A DNA stretch of 64,000 nucleotides from a virus: the IMG/VR virus record IMGVR_UViG_3300042731_011014, positions 96,001-160,000 of that record; one strand, 5' to 3'. The notes beneath the pieces are model-generated. The model worked only from the letters and a program-made list of their open reading frames with translations, was not told where the DNA came from and did not search any database. This document shows positions 1 to 10,374 of this stretch, one piece after another. Position numbers and translations under genes: made by a program. Position 1 is the stretch's first letter. Every line of letters starts with the position of its first letter.

Positions 1-253
1 CCCAATCATCCGTTGAAGTATCAGACAGTTCCAACTTTTCCGAGTCCTCGGTTTTTGTACCATCACCAGCCTCAGTCCAATTAGGATGAAGCACACTATT
101 GTTCAGAGGATCGACAAAATCTAATGTCTCCAAAAATTCAAATGTAGCTGGCCTAACAATACCATCACCACCAACCACGTCGGAAGCATTGCCTGACAGA
201 TCATTCTTAGTTAAAAAATCAGCGTCGATTACTTGATGTGCTTTAATAGGCAT
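1..253 (-). CDS. Putative virion/tail fibre protein, N-terminal part (runs off the left edge)
   Basis: Hand translation: ATG at 253, 2 nt after the stop of 256..2025, reads MPIKAHQVIDADFLTKNDLSGNASDVVGGDG... with no stop to position 1. Confidence 0.7.
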   Translation of the reverse strand, partial: MPIKAHQVIDADFLTKNDLSGNASDVVGGDGIVRPATFEFLETLDFVDPLNNSVLHPNWTEAGDGTKTEDSEKLELSDTSTDDW

Positions 254-255
254 TA

Positions 256-2025
256 TTAGCTCCCGTATACTATTTGATAAAAATCAGCTTCACCAGACCC
301 GTAAACGCTGACTTTATTTGTACCATCATTATAGGTATATTCGTTGGTCGCAGCTGGTGTTCCAGAAACATATTTCATCATAATCCCTTCACAGAACACT
401 CTTAAATCGTATCCTGAAGGTGTATCTGCTGTTCCTCCACCTCTTGGAGTAGCACTTAGTGCAGTATCGCCTTTAAGGACAATAACACCAGGTGTTCCAG
501 ATGCTGTTGAGGTCCAAACTTCTTCATGAGGAGTATCGCCTCCTCCTCCACCCGGTAAGTTGCCAACCTGAACCTTCCGCTTTGCTCCTGTTGTAACCTT
601 TTCTAGTAAGATTAAGTCAGTACTTCCTGGCGAACTCTCCTCGGTGAATCCACTCCAATCATTATCAGCTCTTTTAAGTTGAGCATCATTTGTTACATTG
701 CCTAGTCCAACATCACTGTTGTCTAATGTGTCGTAGGTAAACGCATCTGACCCATTAGTCTTTAAAACTTGACCGTTGCTGCCATAACCAGATGGAGTAT
801 CGGTCATGCTTTCAAGAGTGGACGCCCCGCCACCCGACGGAGTATCAATCAAATTCCAGCCACCAGACCCGTCAGTCTCTAGTATCTTATTAATCGAGGC
901 CGCCCCAGATCCTAAATTCTGTACCGTCAACTCGTCGGATCCAGCATCTTCGTGAGAAAGAGCATGACTCGTTGGTATTCTAGCATCTGACAGCCTAGAA
1001 TCATCGCCCTCACAAGCTGTATCTGAACCAGTCCCATAGACCTGCTGTGACCCAGTCAGCTTAGAACTAGCATCTAATCCAGCGTAACCGTTTGCTGCGT
1101 TTTTATTCGCTGTTTCCTCGTGCCCAGAATGTGGCGCACTTGCGCCTAAATGTGAATCAATCGCCGAATGATCATTCGTACCAGCGTCTTGTAAATTCTG
1201 GTGAGTTATTTCATCACTTCCACCTAATTCATGATCAGATTTATGAGCCTTAGGTATCTGTGGATCACTTAATTCACCAGATAAACCCGTAACACTGATT
1301 TCGTCAGATTGACCGTCGCCATGACTAGATGCGTGGCCTGTAGGTGTTTGCGGATCAGCTAAAAGACCTGAAAGACCTGCAACACTGATTTCATCAGCCT
1401 GTCCATTACCATGACTAGATCCATGAGTCTTAGGCGGTTGAGGTGTTGCTGATTCTCCAGAAAGCCCAGTTAGACTTATTTCATCTCCCTGACCAGCACC
1501 ATGATCGGAACCATGGGCCTTAGGCGGCTGTGGATCAGCGAGTTCACCAGAAAGGCCAGTAACATCAATTTCATCATCTTGACCGTTCTCATGAGTTGAT
1601 CCGTGTGGCTCTTCTAGTTTTCTGAGAGTTTTATTTAAATATCTTTTTCCGTAATTATACCCTTTATCTCCAGGGTAATATTGTTGCCATCTTTCAGATC
1701 TAACAAGGATCCACTGCTGACCATTTTCTTTATCTTTTAAAGGGTTTGATGACAGTGGTTCATTGTTTGTCGCAACACATTGTAAAATATACGCTCCATC
1801 AATACCGCCATCTATTTCAAGTTGTGGATTTTGAACAGTGGCAACACCATCAGTGAAATCACCCTTAACACCTATATTAGCAGTACTACCATCTGGTAGA
1901 TCTAAAATAGTCCATTCCCAACTTGTAGGTGACTCGGTAGCAGTGGCGCCTAACTGGATCAACCTAGAAGATGCACTATAAAGCTCAACAACATCAGCCG
2001 AACATGTAACTTCTGGTTTTCCCAT
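256..2025 (-). CDS. Tail fibre-like protein with His-containing 30-aa repeats
   Basis: 589 aa, Gly/Ser/Asp-rich; repeats HxxxHxxGxxDEIxVxGLSGxLxxPQxP; lies in the fibre cluster. Confidence 0.7.
   Translation of the reverse strand: MGKPEVTCSADVVELYSASSRLIQLGATATESPTSWEWTILDLPDGSTANIGVKGDFTDGVATVQNPQLEIDGGIDGAYILQCVATNNEPLSSNPLKDKENGQQWILVRSERWQQYYPGDKGYNYGKRYLNKTLRKLEEPHGSTHENGQDDEIDVTGLSGELADPQPPKAHGSDHGAGQGDEISLTGLSGESATPQPPKTHGSSHGNGQADEISVAGLSGLLADPQTPTGHASSHGDGQSDEISVTGLSGELSDPQIPKAHKSDHELGGSDEITHQNLQDAGTNDHSAIDSHLGASAPHSGHEETANKNAANGYAGLDASSKLTGSQQVYGTGSDTACEGDDSRLSDARIPTSHALSHEDAGSDELTVQNLGSGAASINKILETDGSGGWNLIDTPSGGGASTLESMTDTPSGYGSNGQVLKTNGSDAFTYDTLDNSDVGLGNVTNDAQLKRADNDWSGFTEESSPGSTDLILLEKVTTGAKRKVQVGNLPGGGGGDTPHEEVWTSTASGTPGVIVLKGDTALSATPRGGGTADTPSGYDLRVFCEGIMMKYVSGTPAATNEYTYNDGTNKVSVYGSGEADFYQIVYGS
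1201..1608 (-). repeat. About 4.5 coding tandem repeats with a 90-nt period
   Basis: First His codons at 1605 and 1515, continuing at 90-nt spacing; units such as HGSSHGNGQADEISVAGLSGLLADPQTP. Confidence 0.9.
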
Positions 2026-2034
2026 AATCTATCC

Positions 2035-3171
2035 TTATATTTTTTCTGCGGAGTGGATTAAAACAGTAACTACCTCTCCTACATTGTATTTTTCTATTCT
2101 ATCCAACGTTATTCTAAGCCCATTATTAATTGGTTCCATTTTGCTTCTAGTTCCATTATACATCGGTTTAAATCTCGGTGAAGCATCATAATCAAAAGCA
2201 AATTCAAAAACTTCATCATCGCCTGGTTTAATCCATATTCTTATTGTCTCTTTTCTTATTTCTAGTTCAGCAACTAACTCAACTATTATCAACGATTCTG
2301 ATGACTCATCAGCATTTGGGGCTGGAAATTGGTACTCTGCATATGGTCCACGTGATCCAGTATTAAACGACCATTGTGTATCCGATGTGTTTGGTTCACC
2401 TGGCCACAAATCAGAAGCTTGAATGCGAACAGGTATTGCTGATTCGTGAGTATATTGACCAATTATATCAACATCGTAATGATAACCGTCAGTTATCTCT
2501 GTCTTTTTTACCTTAAAGCCAGTTTGCTGGGTGTCGTTTTGCCATGCAACACGATCTTCGATCCTTATAACAACACTGTCCTGATTGACTCCACTATCAT
2601 CAGTTAAATCAAAAGATACCCTAGTTACAGGGTGAACTAATTCACCGCTGCTAGGAGTCTCATTATTAACAGACGGCCCCTCCGAATCCGGTGCCACGCC
2701 TTCAAGAGTCTGCAACTGAATTCCCGAGTATAATCCAAAAAAACCATACAAATCGTTTATTTCTGGATAAACAAGTGTTAACCCTGTAAATAATCTAGAA
2801 TTTCCAGATGTGCCTATTTTGGCCCCATGGACATCCTCAATATTTGGCGATACTGAAGCCGTATACTGAACATTAGCCATATTATCACAAATCGCCTCAA
2901 CCTCACTATCATTCCTCCTGTAAACCCTTACAATATTTAATTGATGAAGCGTAACTGCTTCTTTTATTATGTAATTTGCAGGATCAAGTAAGTTAACAAG
3001 CGTTCCGCCGATAAAAATGTCAGATCTCATAGCCCGACTAAATACAAATCTCACTCTATCATGATTAACAGCTTGAACTTGCTGAAGAAAAGGAGTTGGG
3101 ACACCTTCATCATCTGACAAAGTTATTTTACTCACTCCAACGGCTGATGCTCTAAAGAAATCTAACGTCAT
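2035..3171 (-). CDS. Virion protein with probable Ig-like domains
   Basis: 378 aa, beta-rich; segments VRFVFSRAM...DPANY and GPSVNNETPSSGELVHPVTRVSFDLTD resemble bacterial Ig-like modules. Confidence 0.5.
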   Translation of the reverse strand: MTLDFFRASAVGVSKITLSDDEGVPTPFLQQVQAVNHDRVRFVFSRAMRSDIFIGGTLVNLLDPANYIIKEAVTLHQLNIVRVYRRNDSEVEAICDNMANVQYTASVSPNIEDVHGAKIGTSGNSRLFTGLTLVYPEINDLYGFFGLYSGIQLQTLEGVAPDSEGPSVNNETPSSGELVHPVTRVSFDLTDDSGVNQDSVVIRIEDRVAWQNDTQQTGFKVKKTEITDGYHYDVDIIGQYTHESAIPVRIQASDLWPGEPNTSDTQWSFNTGSRGPYAEYQFPAPNADESSESLIIVELVAELEIRKETIRIWIKPGDDEVFEFAFDYDASPRFKPMYNGTRSKMEPINNGLRITLDRIEKYNVGEVVTVLIHSAEKI

Positions 3172-6100
3172 GCACTTATTCCCTTGACAATCTTACCATA
3201 ATCTATCGAACTCTTGGAGTACACAGTATTAGTTAAGAGATCTACAGCAAAAATAATACCAGATGTATTTTTTCTACTACCATACTCTACAGCTACTATT
3301 AGGCATGGTGTAAGATTATTTATCACCCTATCCACCATAATTACTCTATTGTAACTTGAATTAAAAATATCATAATCGGCCAGTGAACCCAGTTTTCCAT
3401 AATGAAATGTTACCGTAGCACTTGGCCACGCTATTTTATAAACACCCTCATCTGATGGGATATAAAATGCACTTGTATTTATATCGTATACAGCATTAAT
3501 TTGCGCTATCTCTGTCCTTTCCCCAGATAATGGACTAATAGCAGTGTCAGCGGAAAAAGTACCACCTGAGTCTGACAATGTGCTTTCCCATGTTGACCTC
3601 TGGACGCAGAAAAACCCATCTAATGACATGTAAAATAAATCACCAGAAGAATTAAACCAACACCATCCAATATCACCTGTCTCATTACTATGGGAATACA
3701 ATATACCACTCAAATTTTCCCCACTTGATGAATCACCAAAAAGATACCATCGTTTCCATTTATTAACAGTTACACCGCTTTTACTTGCTATCGCCCTATA
3801 AACATAACCTCCATCCTCAAAAATACAGCTATATCTAGATACGTTATCTTGAATAGCCCATGAGTCATTATCTCCACTATATCCCGCGTCAAGGTTTCTA
3901 GCTGCTATCTGTCCATTTGTCGATTCAATGCCAATTTGACCATTTTTAGTAAACCATGATCCATTCCATGTTCCAAATAATGCACCAGTTATTGAACTGG
4001 ATTCCAATCTAAAAATCCTTATTTCATCTAAAGAAAAATCAACAAAAATAACTAATCCCTCATCTGACTGATAACTTTCAGTTGAGCAGCTTATTATAAG
4101 CAATCCGTTTGTCATAAAAGCTTGTCGAGGTTTTACTCCATCACCAAACAAAGGCAACGCATGACAATCCGCATCTGACGTACCATCAGCTATAAATCTC
4201 ATCCATAATAAATTAGCATCAGTATCTATTATTTCCACAGATGTTTCAGTACACGCTATAATAGCGTGAATTGGAAATTCAGCATTTAATCCCCTATTAA
4301 TGCTAAATCCTTCCCTTGCCCATCCAGCTAAATTTGTAGTAATTCCAGAATTTATCGTAAATCCGAAAATATCCGCGTTAAAATTAGTCGTTGGTGTATC
4401 TAACCATGATCCTAATAAAGCAAAAACATCGCCGGCAAAAACATCATGTGTATAATTTCTAAGAAGCACCCAGCCGCCACCAATATCATAATATACTTCG
4501 ATTAAATTTACTGTCCTCTTAATCCTAAATTTACCAAAAGTCGCAGATGAACCAAGAACCACATCGCTACCCCAACTACCATTTATCTGAACAGAACTCT
4601 TTATTGTATTATTAGTTCTCCTTTGAATATAAATAGCATTATTATTATCAACCCTGATCATAAAATAAAAACCGCCACTACTTGCTAAACCAGAAAAATT
4701 TTCCCATGAGATCTCAATATCAAAATCGGCTACCATATACCATCTACCAGACGATTTCATATATTTAGATTTTCCACCACTCCAAGTTGTATTGGTAGAT
4801 AGCCTCATTTTATCATCATCAATAAGGGAAAAATCAAACTCACTGTCACCGCCAGTTCCAACCGGCTCATCTAAGCCCCACGCCGTATTATCAAAACCGT
4901 CTGCCAGGGTCCCAAAACCCCCTGGACCGCAAACATACCCATCGTAAACAAAAACCCCATCTCTTCTCGCACCATAATAGCCAGTACTTCCCAACAGGCT
5001 ATGCCATATATCAGTCGATCCGTCATAGAAAAAAATTCCAGTTACATTATTTCCATCTAAAAAATCATTACCATGAGAATCAACCTTTCCACGCATGTAA
5101 TCTAGTGACACAATATCCACAAATCCATTATCCTCAAGCGCTAACGGTTCTACATTTTTTGTCTTACTCGGATCAGTTGTCGTTTTTCTGCCCGGTACAA
5201 ATGCCCCGGCTGGCATTTGAATATATCTATTAACAGAAGCGTTCACTGTCTTTATGAAAATATTATCATTATCAAAAAAGAAACATGTCTCTTCCTTTGC
5301 CGAACTCTCGGATGGCTCAAATAACGGTCCAGGTAGACGCGCCGCTCCCCTTATATTATATCCTAAAGTTTTATATCCCCTAACAGGGCCATGATTAATC
5401 AATACCCCTCTGTCTGTCATTTTTATTGGATCAGCATCCCTTTTATTATTCTGCGATTTTCTGTGTCCAGGCACGACTAAACCAATAGTTTCACCAAGTG
5501 GGCTTTTATATTTTCTATTCCCACCAAATGGGGCTAGAGCAAGATTATCCTCAATGACAGACACCTCTCTTTTAAACCTTTGTTGCTCATTGTAAGCCTG
5601 ATAATATCTAAAATAATCAAAACTGATATTTGCAGGCGGAAGAGCACCCCAGTTTTGCAGAAAAACACCAGCTTGAAGATTTTCTATATTAAACTCAAAA
5701 GTATAAGTACATCCAACCTCAGTAAAGGACGCCCCATTATCATCACTATAAAAAAAGGAAACAGTATTCGGATCTATTTTTTCACCAAACCACTCATATG
5801 ATACAGGATACGGTCTCGGATTCCACGCAACTCTATAAATATGATTATTAGTTGACGGATCCGGGACTACGGCAGTCGTACAAACAGTCGAAAATGATCC
5901 ATTATATCCTTTGGTTATTTGAATTTGTGTTGAATCTTTATTATACCCCATCGATATCGCATTCTCTCTATTTGTAAATAATGCAACTCCACCCATACAT
6001 TCAGTCCCAGTACTGCCAAAATCAGTTATCTTAACCTCTACTATGTGAATTTTACCTGATAATCGATTATCTCCATCCTCATCCCCGGTATATTCTAGTC

Positions 6101-6287
6101 CAACATCTTTAATTGCAACTATTGGATTTCTATATATACCACTCCACCATTCATTGTTAAAATCCTCTTCCACGCCAACAAGCAGTTCCCCGGCTGAATG
6201 CGTAACCTTCCCATAATATGGCCTAATAATTTTCATCTTAATAGATGGGCCAGTAAAATCGTCTTCAAACTTTTTTACTAAAGGCAT
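3168..6287 (-). CDS. Large putative receptor-binding/tail appendage protein (lectin-like plus propeller-like regions)
   Basis: 1039 aa, aromatic/Gly-rich beta composition; C-terminal half resembles that of 6291..8774 (FPIHAIIAC...LWMRF vs FPDKVLIVV...VWMRF). Confidence 0.55.
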   Translation of the reverse strand: MPLVKKFEDDFTGPSIKMKIIRPYYGKVTHSAGELLVGVEEDFNNEWWSGIYRNPIVAIKDVGLEYTGDEDGDNRLSGKIHIVEVKITDFGSTGTECMGGVALFTNRENAISMGYNKDSTQIQITKGYNGSFSTVCTTAVVPDPSTNNHIYRVAWNPRPYPVSYEWFGEKIDPNTVSFFYSDDNGASFTEVGCTYTFEFNIENLQAGVFLQNWGALPPANISFDYFRYYQAYNEQQRFKREVSVIEDNLALAPFGGNRKYKSPLGETIGLVVPGHRKSQNNKRDADPIKMTDRGVLINHGPVRGYKTLGYNIRGAARLPGPLFEPSESSAKEETCFFFDNDNIFIKTVNASVNRYIQMPAGAFVPGRKTTTDPSKTKNVEPLALEDNGFVDIVSLDYMRGKVDSHGNDFLDGNNVTGIFFYDGSTDIWHSLLGSTGYYGARRDGVFVYDGYVCGPGGFGTLADGFDNTAWGLDEPVGTGGDSEFDFSLIDDDKMRLSTNTTWSGGKSKYMKSSGRWYMVADFDIEISWENFSGLASSGGFYFMIRVDNNNAIYIQRRTNNTIKSSVQINGSWGSDVVLGSSATFGKFRIKRTVNLIEVYYDIGGGWVLLRNYTHDVFAGDVFALLGSWLDTPTTNFNADIFGFTINSGITTNLAGWAREGFSINRGLNAEFPIHAIIACTETSVEIIDTDANLLWMRFIADGTSDADCHALPLFGDGVKPRQAFMTNGLLIISCSTESYQSDEGLVIFVDFSLDEIRIFRLESSSITGALFGTWNGSWFTKNGQIGIESTNGQIAARNLDAGYSGDNDSWAIQDNVSRYSCIFEDGGYVYRAIASKSGVTVNKWKRWYLFGDSSSGENLSGILYSHSNETGDIGWCWFNSSGDLFYMSLDGFFCVQRSTWESTLSDSGGTFSADTAISPLSGERTEIAQINAVYDINTSAFYIPSDEGVYKIAWPSATVTFHYGKLGSLADYDIFNSSYNRVIMVDRVINNLTPCLIVAVEYGSRKNTSGIIFAVDLLTNTVYSKSSIDYGKIVKGISA

Positions 6288-6290
6288 TAA

Positions 6291-8774
6291 TTAGTCATCC
6301 TTCGGTAACACTAATCCCCAAAAACAACCATCCTCATGTAAATCCGGATAAGTATACGAATCAACGTTTTTATCATCCATTAATCTTATTACGGATACAG
6401 CACCTCCTATTGATTCATATTTCCACGATGAAACAACAACAAAATCAGATATAAGTGTTGAAAAAGCAATCGCATGCCTGAAAACAGATTCACTACCAAC
6501 AAGGATCTCTCCGGAAGGTGGGTTATTATCCTTTCCCCCTCCACCCTGTTGCGACAACGAATAAGCTAGCCAATATTCCATATTCCCGCGATTAAGCATA
6601 TAAATACCACGGGTAGTCAATGCGAATAAAACATTACTCGCGGATGCAAGACCCTTTATTTCAACCGGCAGCTCAACCATCCTATCGATATTTTTATTTA
6701 TTGAATTCTGAGCTATTCTACCATATTGATAATCAAAAACATTCCTCCAGATTTTCCTACCTCTTGAAAACCAAAGCCATCCGCTCACATCCAGATGTAT
6801 ATTTCTGTATCCAATCTCATTATTATCATAATCACCTAGATCGTCTCCTATTACAGGATTCAATATCTGTGCCTCATTATCAATATACATAATAATTTCA
6901 GGACCAGGATCCTCGCCCATTGCAATCGTCCACATTTTTGAAACATCGGAACTATCAAAAATAGCTTCTACTGAATAAACATTATCTGAAGTAATCCTAA
7001 GAGATGGATCCACTCCAACAGAAGTATACACGCCTCCAGTATCATTTCTATTAGTTATCGTAATTCCCGAGTCTGCCTTATAGTGATTATCGCTCCTAAT
7101 TAGTGTAAATACATTTTGATCAGATGATTTAAAATCAATCGTTATTATTCCACCATTATCAGTTCCATTGTCACTTACTCCTACAACCAGCACCCCATTT
7201 AACATCTTAACCGATCTAACACTAAATTCACCTCTCCCTAGCGCCTTGTAATTTGATAGATCATCAAACATAAATCGCATCCAAACAACAAAATTAGCCG
7301 ATGTTCCATCATAATTATCCAAGTCAAAAATTACCAATTCCTTACTGGCTACCACAATTAAAACCTTGTCTGGAAAAGATGGATCAGGACTCCTATAATC
7401 ACTAGATACTTCGGTTCTCCAAGGCGCCTCAATAGGTCCGGGATCCTGGCTGCCATCAGTATATTTATAGCCAATTTTTGAATAACCGGAAAAATTATTT
7501 TCTGTAGGTCTATCCCATGGCTCATTTGTAGTGTCATAAAAAAAAGCTACATTCGGCTTAACCGAATCTAAAAAATGAGCATGACCATGAATATCACTCG
7601 TCGATCTATTCACATTTGTCTCAAGTCCCAGTATTCTTCTTTCATTGTCTTCAAAAGCAGTAATATTTTGTCTATTTTTTAGGTCATTTTGTTCAAAACA
7701 CGCCCCTCTTGTATATTGAGGGAAAGTATATTTTACTCTATCTCCAGCATTATCAATCTTATGGAAATCATACATTTTAGCTGGTTTTTTGTAAGTATTA
7801 TTATCCGATCTTGATAGATTGGAAACTTTACCAGGAACAACTACTCCAACACCAATGTTATTATCATAATAATTTTTTCTTGATCCAAACTCACCAATCT
7901 TAAAATCATCTTCGATATTCCCATCCTTGAAAATATGCTTCATGCCAACTTTTATGCCTGGATATGAAAAACCATGATATTTTTCCCTAACACCAGCACT
8001 AACCATCCCTATGCCATCCTCTAAGATAGATTTATTATCTTTTTCTAATATCTCTGTCGGATCATCTAAAATAGATTCATATGCATCTAATACATCTGAG
8101 TTGCTAAACGTTTCATTTGTTATTCTAACACCGTAAATAATCGTATTGCTGTTATTGCCAATATTAAGTCTTTGAGTATTTCCACTTGTAGCCTTCTCTG
8201 CTGCTGTGCCTGAAATGGTATCCTTCAGATCGCCATTAATGTACATTTTCATCTCATCGCCATCTGAATTAACAGTTAAGGTAAGATAAACAATCTCGTC
8301 AACAACAGCAGTTGCATTTGGAAAACTATAATAATAATCTGTTCCTGCTCCATGCTCTATATAAGTACTATGAGTAGATCCGCTTATGCGGCCAAGACTA
8401 TATAAACAATTTGTCTCAGGTGATTCACCTAGACCAATGCATTCAATCTCATTTACGGCATTTAAAACCGCCTTAGCAATACACTCAATTGTTAACGATG
8501 CATCGCCACCACCTCCAGATTCCTTTGCAACTCTTAAGGCCTCAACATCAGGAGCCTCAAGTTTTCCGGTCGGTATTCTCATACCAATAAGGCCACTGTA
8601 AAGATCATCTTCATAGACTAAGCCGGATCCAACAATAATAAGATCTCTGCCTTGACCAGTCCTATCAAGTAATGATGAACTTGAGCTATCAAATCGATAT
8701 ACACACAGTGGAGGATTTGTAACCCCAACCGGATTGTTGATACCTAAATATTCACCGATTATCTTTATAGACAT
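6291..8774 (-). CDS. Putative receptor-binding protein with N-terminal LamG/ConA-like domain
   Basis: SLTIEC...YLTLTVNSDGDEMKMYINGDL...LNIG...IYGVRITN matches the LamG pattern; C-terminal propeller-like region. Confidence 0.6.
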   Translation of the reverse strand: MSIKIIGEYLGINNPVGVTNPPLCVYRFDSSSSSLLDRTGQGRDLIIVGSGLVYEDDLYSGLIGMRIPTGKLEAPDVEALRVAKESGGGGDASLTIECIAKAVLNAVNEIECIGLGESPETNCLYSLGRISGSTHSTYIEHGAGTDYYYSFPNATAVVDEIVYLTLTVNSDGDEMKMYINGDLKDTISGTAAEKATSGNTQRLNIGNNSNTIIYGVRITNETFSNSDVLDAYESILDDPTEILEKDNKSILEDGIGMVSAGVREKYHGFSYPGIKVGMKHIFKDGNIEDDFKIGEFGSRKNYYDNNIGVGVVVPGKVSNLSRSDNNTYKKPAKMYDFHKIDNAGDRVKYTFPQYTRGACFEQNDLKNRQNITAFEDNERRILGLETNVNRSTSDIHGHAHFLDSVKPNVAFFYDTTNEPWDRPTENNFSGYSKIGYKYTDGSQDPGPIEAPWRTEVSSDYRSPDPSFPDKVLIVVASKELVIFDLDNYDGTSANFVVWMRFMFDDLSNYKALGRGEFSVRSVKMLNGVLVVGVSDNGTDNGGIITIDFKSSDQNVFTLIRSDNHYKADSGITITNRNDTGGVYTSVGVDPSLRITSDNVYSVEAIFDSSDVSKMWTIAMGEDPGPEIIMYIDNEAQILNPVIGDDLGDYDNNEIGYRNIHLDVSGWLWFSRGRKIWRNVFDYQYGRIAQNSINKNIDRMVELPVEIKGLASASNVLFALTTRGIYMLNRGNMEYWLAYSLSQQGGGGKDNNPPSGEILVGSESVFRHAIAFSTLISDFVVVSSWKYESIGGAVSVIRLMDDKNVDSYTYPDLHEDGCFWGLVLPKDD

Positions 8775-8776
8775 TC

Positions 8777-9016
8777 TTACTCTGTTTTCTCACGTGTACC
8801 ATCTGAAAAAACCACCTCCCTGACACCTTCTTCAAATGATACAATCCTAATCGCTCTTCTTAGTTGTTTTTTATATTTTAATGAGGCCTCAACAATCTCA
8901 ACAGAAATATCATTATCATGCTCTCTAAAAAACCTTATTGCTTCTTCTCTGGTTTCAAATGGGCCATCCAGAGATATATTATTATTTTTTAATTTATGCT
9001 CAATCCAAAATGGCAT
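8777..9016 (-). CDS. Hypothetical protein
   Basis: 79-aa ORF with GGAG SD, tightly packed in the operon. Confidence 0.6.
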   Translation of the reverse strand: MPFWIEHKLKNNNISLDGPFETREEAIRFFREHDNDISVEIVEASLKYKKQLRRAIRIVSFEEGVREVVFSDGTREKTE

Positions 9017-9025
9017 AACCTCTCC

Positions 9026-9706
9026 TTATACATTAAGTAATCTAAATTGATATTCTATAAATAATACCTGATGTTCAGTTTTTGTTATAGTAACAGGTAT
9101 TCCATTTTCATCCTTTAATCTCACCCTGCCAACCCTCTCTATAGGCGCTTGCCAGCTAGGATTCATAGATCCAGTTTGACCAGATAACCCATAAATACCA
9201 AGGCTTCTAATATTACTAGAAATACCTTGGCTTGGTAAATACATCCACGCATTCTTAAAAATTACTTCTTCTCTTGTGTTAAATGCTTCTATGGAAAAAT
9301 CATACATTTGATCTACAATAAACCTCTTTGCACCCCCGTTGACATCATCACCATTAACAGTTTCACTAGTATCATTAATATTTCTTCCCCCCTCATCTAT
9401 TAAATTTTCTGTATATGAATCAGTATCAGAATCAGTAGTTAGCAAACAAATAAATGCTAAAGTAGAATATGCATCTACTCCTTGCGTTATCCAAGTCCAG
9501 GAAAATCTAGAAGGACCAATATTAAATACTTGTTGAAGTAAAAAAGCAGCTTTTCCGTCAAAAATCCTATTGCTACAATCTAATTGAGTTTCCAATTCTA
9601 ACCCAGAAACCAATTCTTTAAGTGTTCCATTTTTTTGTGCACTAATAAAATCGCTATCTTTGAGGTCTCCGGAATTTAGCAATCTAATCTTAAAAAAACC
9701 ATTCAT
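9026..9706 (-). CDS. Tail-associated paralog 4 of 4
   Basis: Shares MNGFFxIxLL, NRIFD, YLPS, IRSxGIY, RVGRVRLKDxxG and TKT...VLxIEY with three neighbours. Confidence 0.8.
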   Translation of the reverse strand: MNGFFKIRLLNSGDLKDSDFISAQKNGTLKELVSGLELETQLDCSNRIFDGKAAFLLQQVFNIGPSRFSWTWITQGVDAYSTLAFICLLTTDSDTDSYTENLIDEGGRNINDTSETVNGDDVNGGAKRFIVDQMYDFSIEAFNTREEVIFKNAWMYLPSQGISSNIRSLGIYGLSGQTGSMNPSWQAPIERVGRVRLKDENGIPVTITKTEHQVLFIEYQFRLLNV

Positions 9707-9708
9707 CT

Positions 9709-10374
9709 TTACATACTCACAATGCTAAAAACATATTCAACTAGCATTACTTGATCTATCGTCTTTTCGATAGTAACAGGAATACCTGCCCCGTCCTTGA
9801 TTCTTATTCTACCTATTCTAGCAACATAACTCCCCCAATACCCTCCAGTAGCTAAATCAGCTTGTTTAGCCCAAAAGATACCGATACTTCTTATCTCATC
9901 AGAGACACACTGCGTTGGTAAATACAGAAAATTATTTTTAAATACAATTTCATCTCGATCCTCTTCAATCCAAAGATCGTATTTATCCAACTCATCAATT
10001 ATAAATCTTTTTCCCGCGGAAGACGTATTAGCAGAATCCTGAACAATATGAATTGTTGTTTCGGCAGCACCCCACCAATTTTCTGTATAATAAGGCTCAT
10101 TATCTGTTTTCAACATACAGATAAAACCTAACGGTGCAGCGGTAACATACTCAACATCATCATAAGGACCACGCGGTAACCCAAAAAGAAGATCAAGTAA
10201 AATACCTGACGCATTATCAAAAATCCTATTTCTACCACTGAATTCATTATCAATACTCAGACTGTTTATAAGTAAATCTAATTCACCACACCTCTTTGCC
10301 TCTAAAAAATCCCTGTCATTATAGTTCTTGCAATTTAGCAATCTGATATCAAAAAAACCATTCATATTAGACAC
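9709..10374 (-). CDS. Tail-associated paralog 3 of 4
   Basis: Same conserved blocks as its neighbours. Confidence 0.8.
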   Translation of the reverse strand: MSNMNGFFDIRLLNCKNYNDRDFLEAKRCGELDLLINSLSIDNEFSGRNRIFDNASGILLDLLFGLPRGPYDDVEYVTAAPLGFICMLKTDNEPYYTENWWGAAETTIHIVQDSANTSSAGKRFIIDELDKYDLWIEEDRDEIVFKNNFLYLPTQCVSDEIRSIGIFWAKQADLATGGYWGSYVARIGRIRIKDGAGIPVTIEKTIDQVMLVEYVFSIVSM

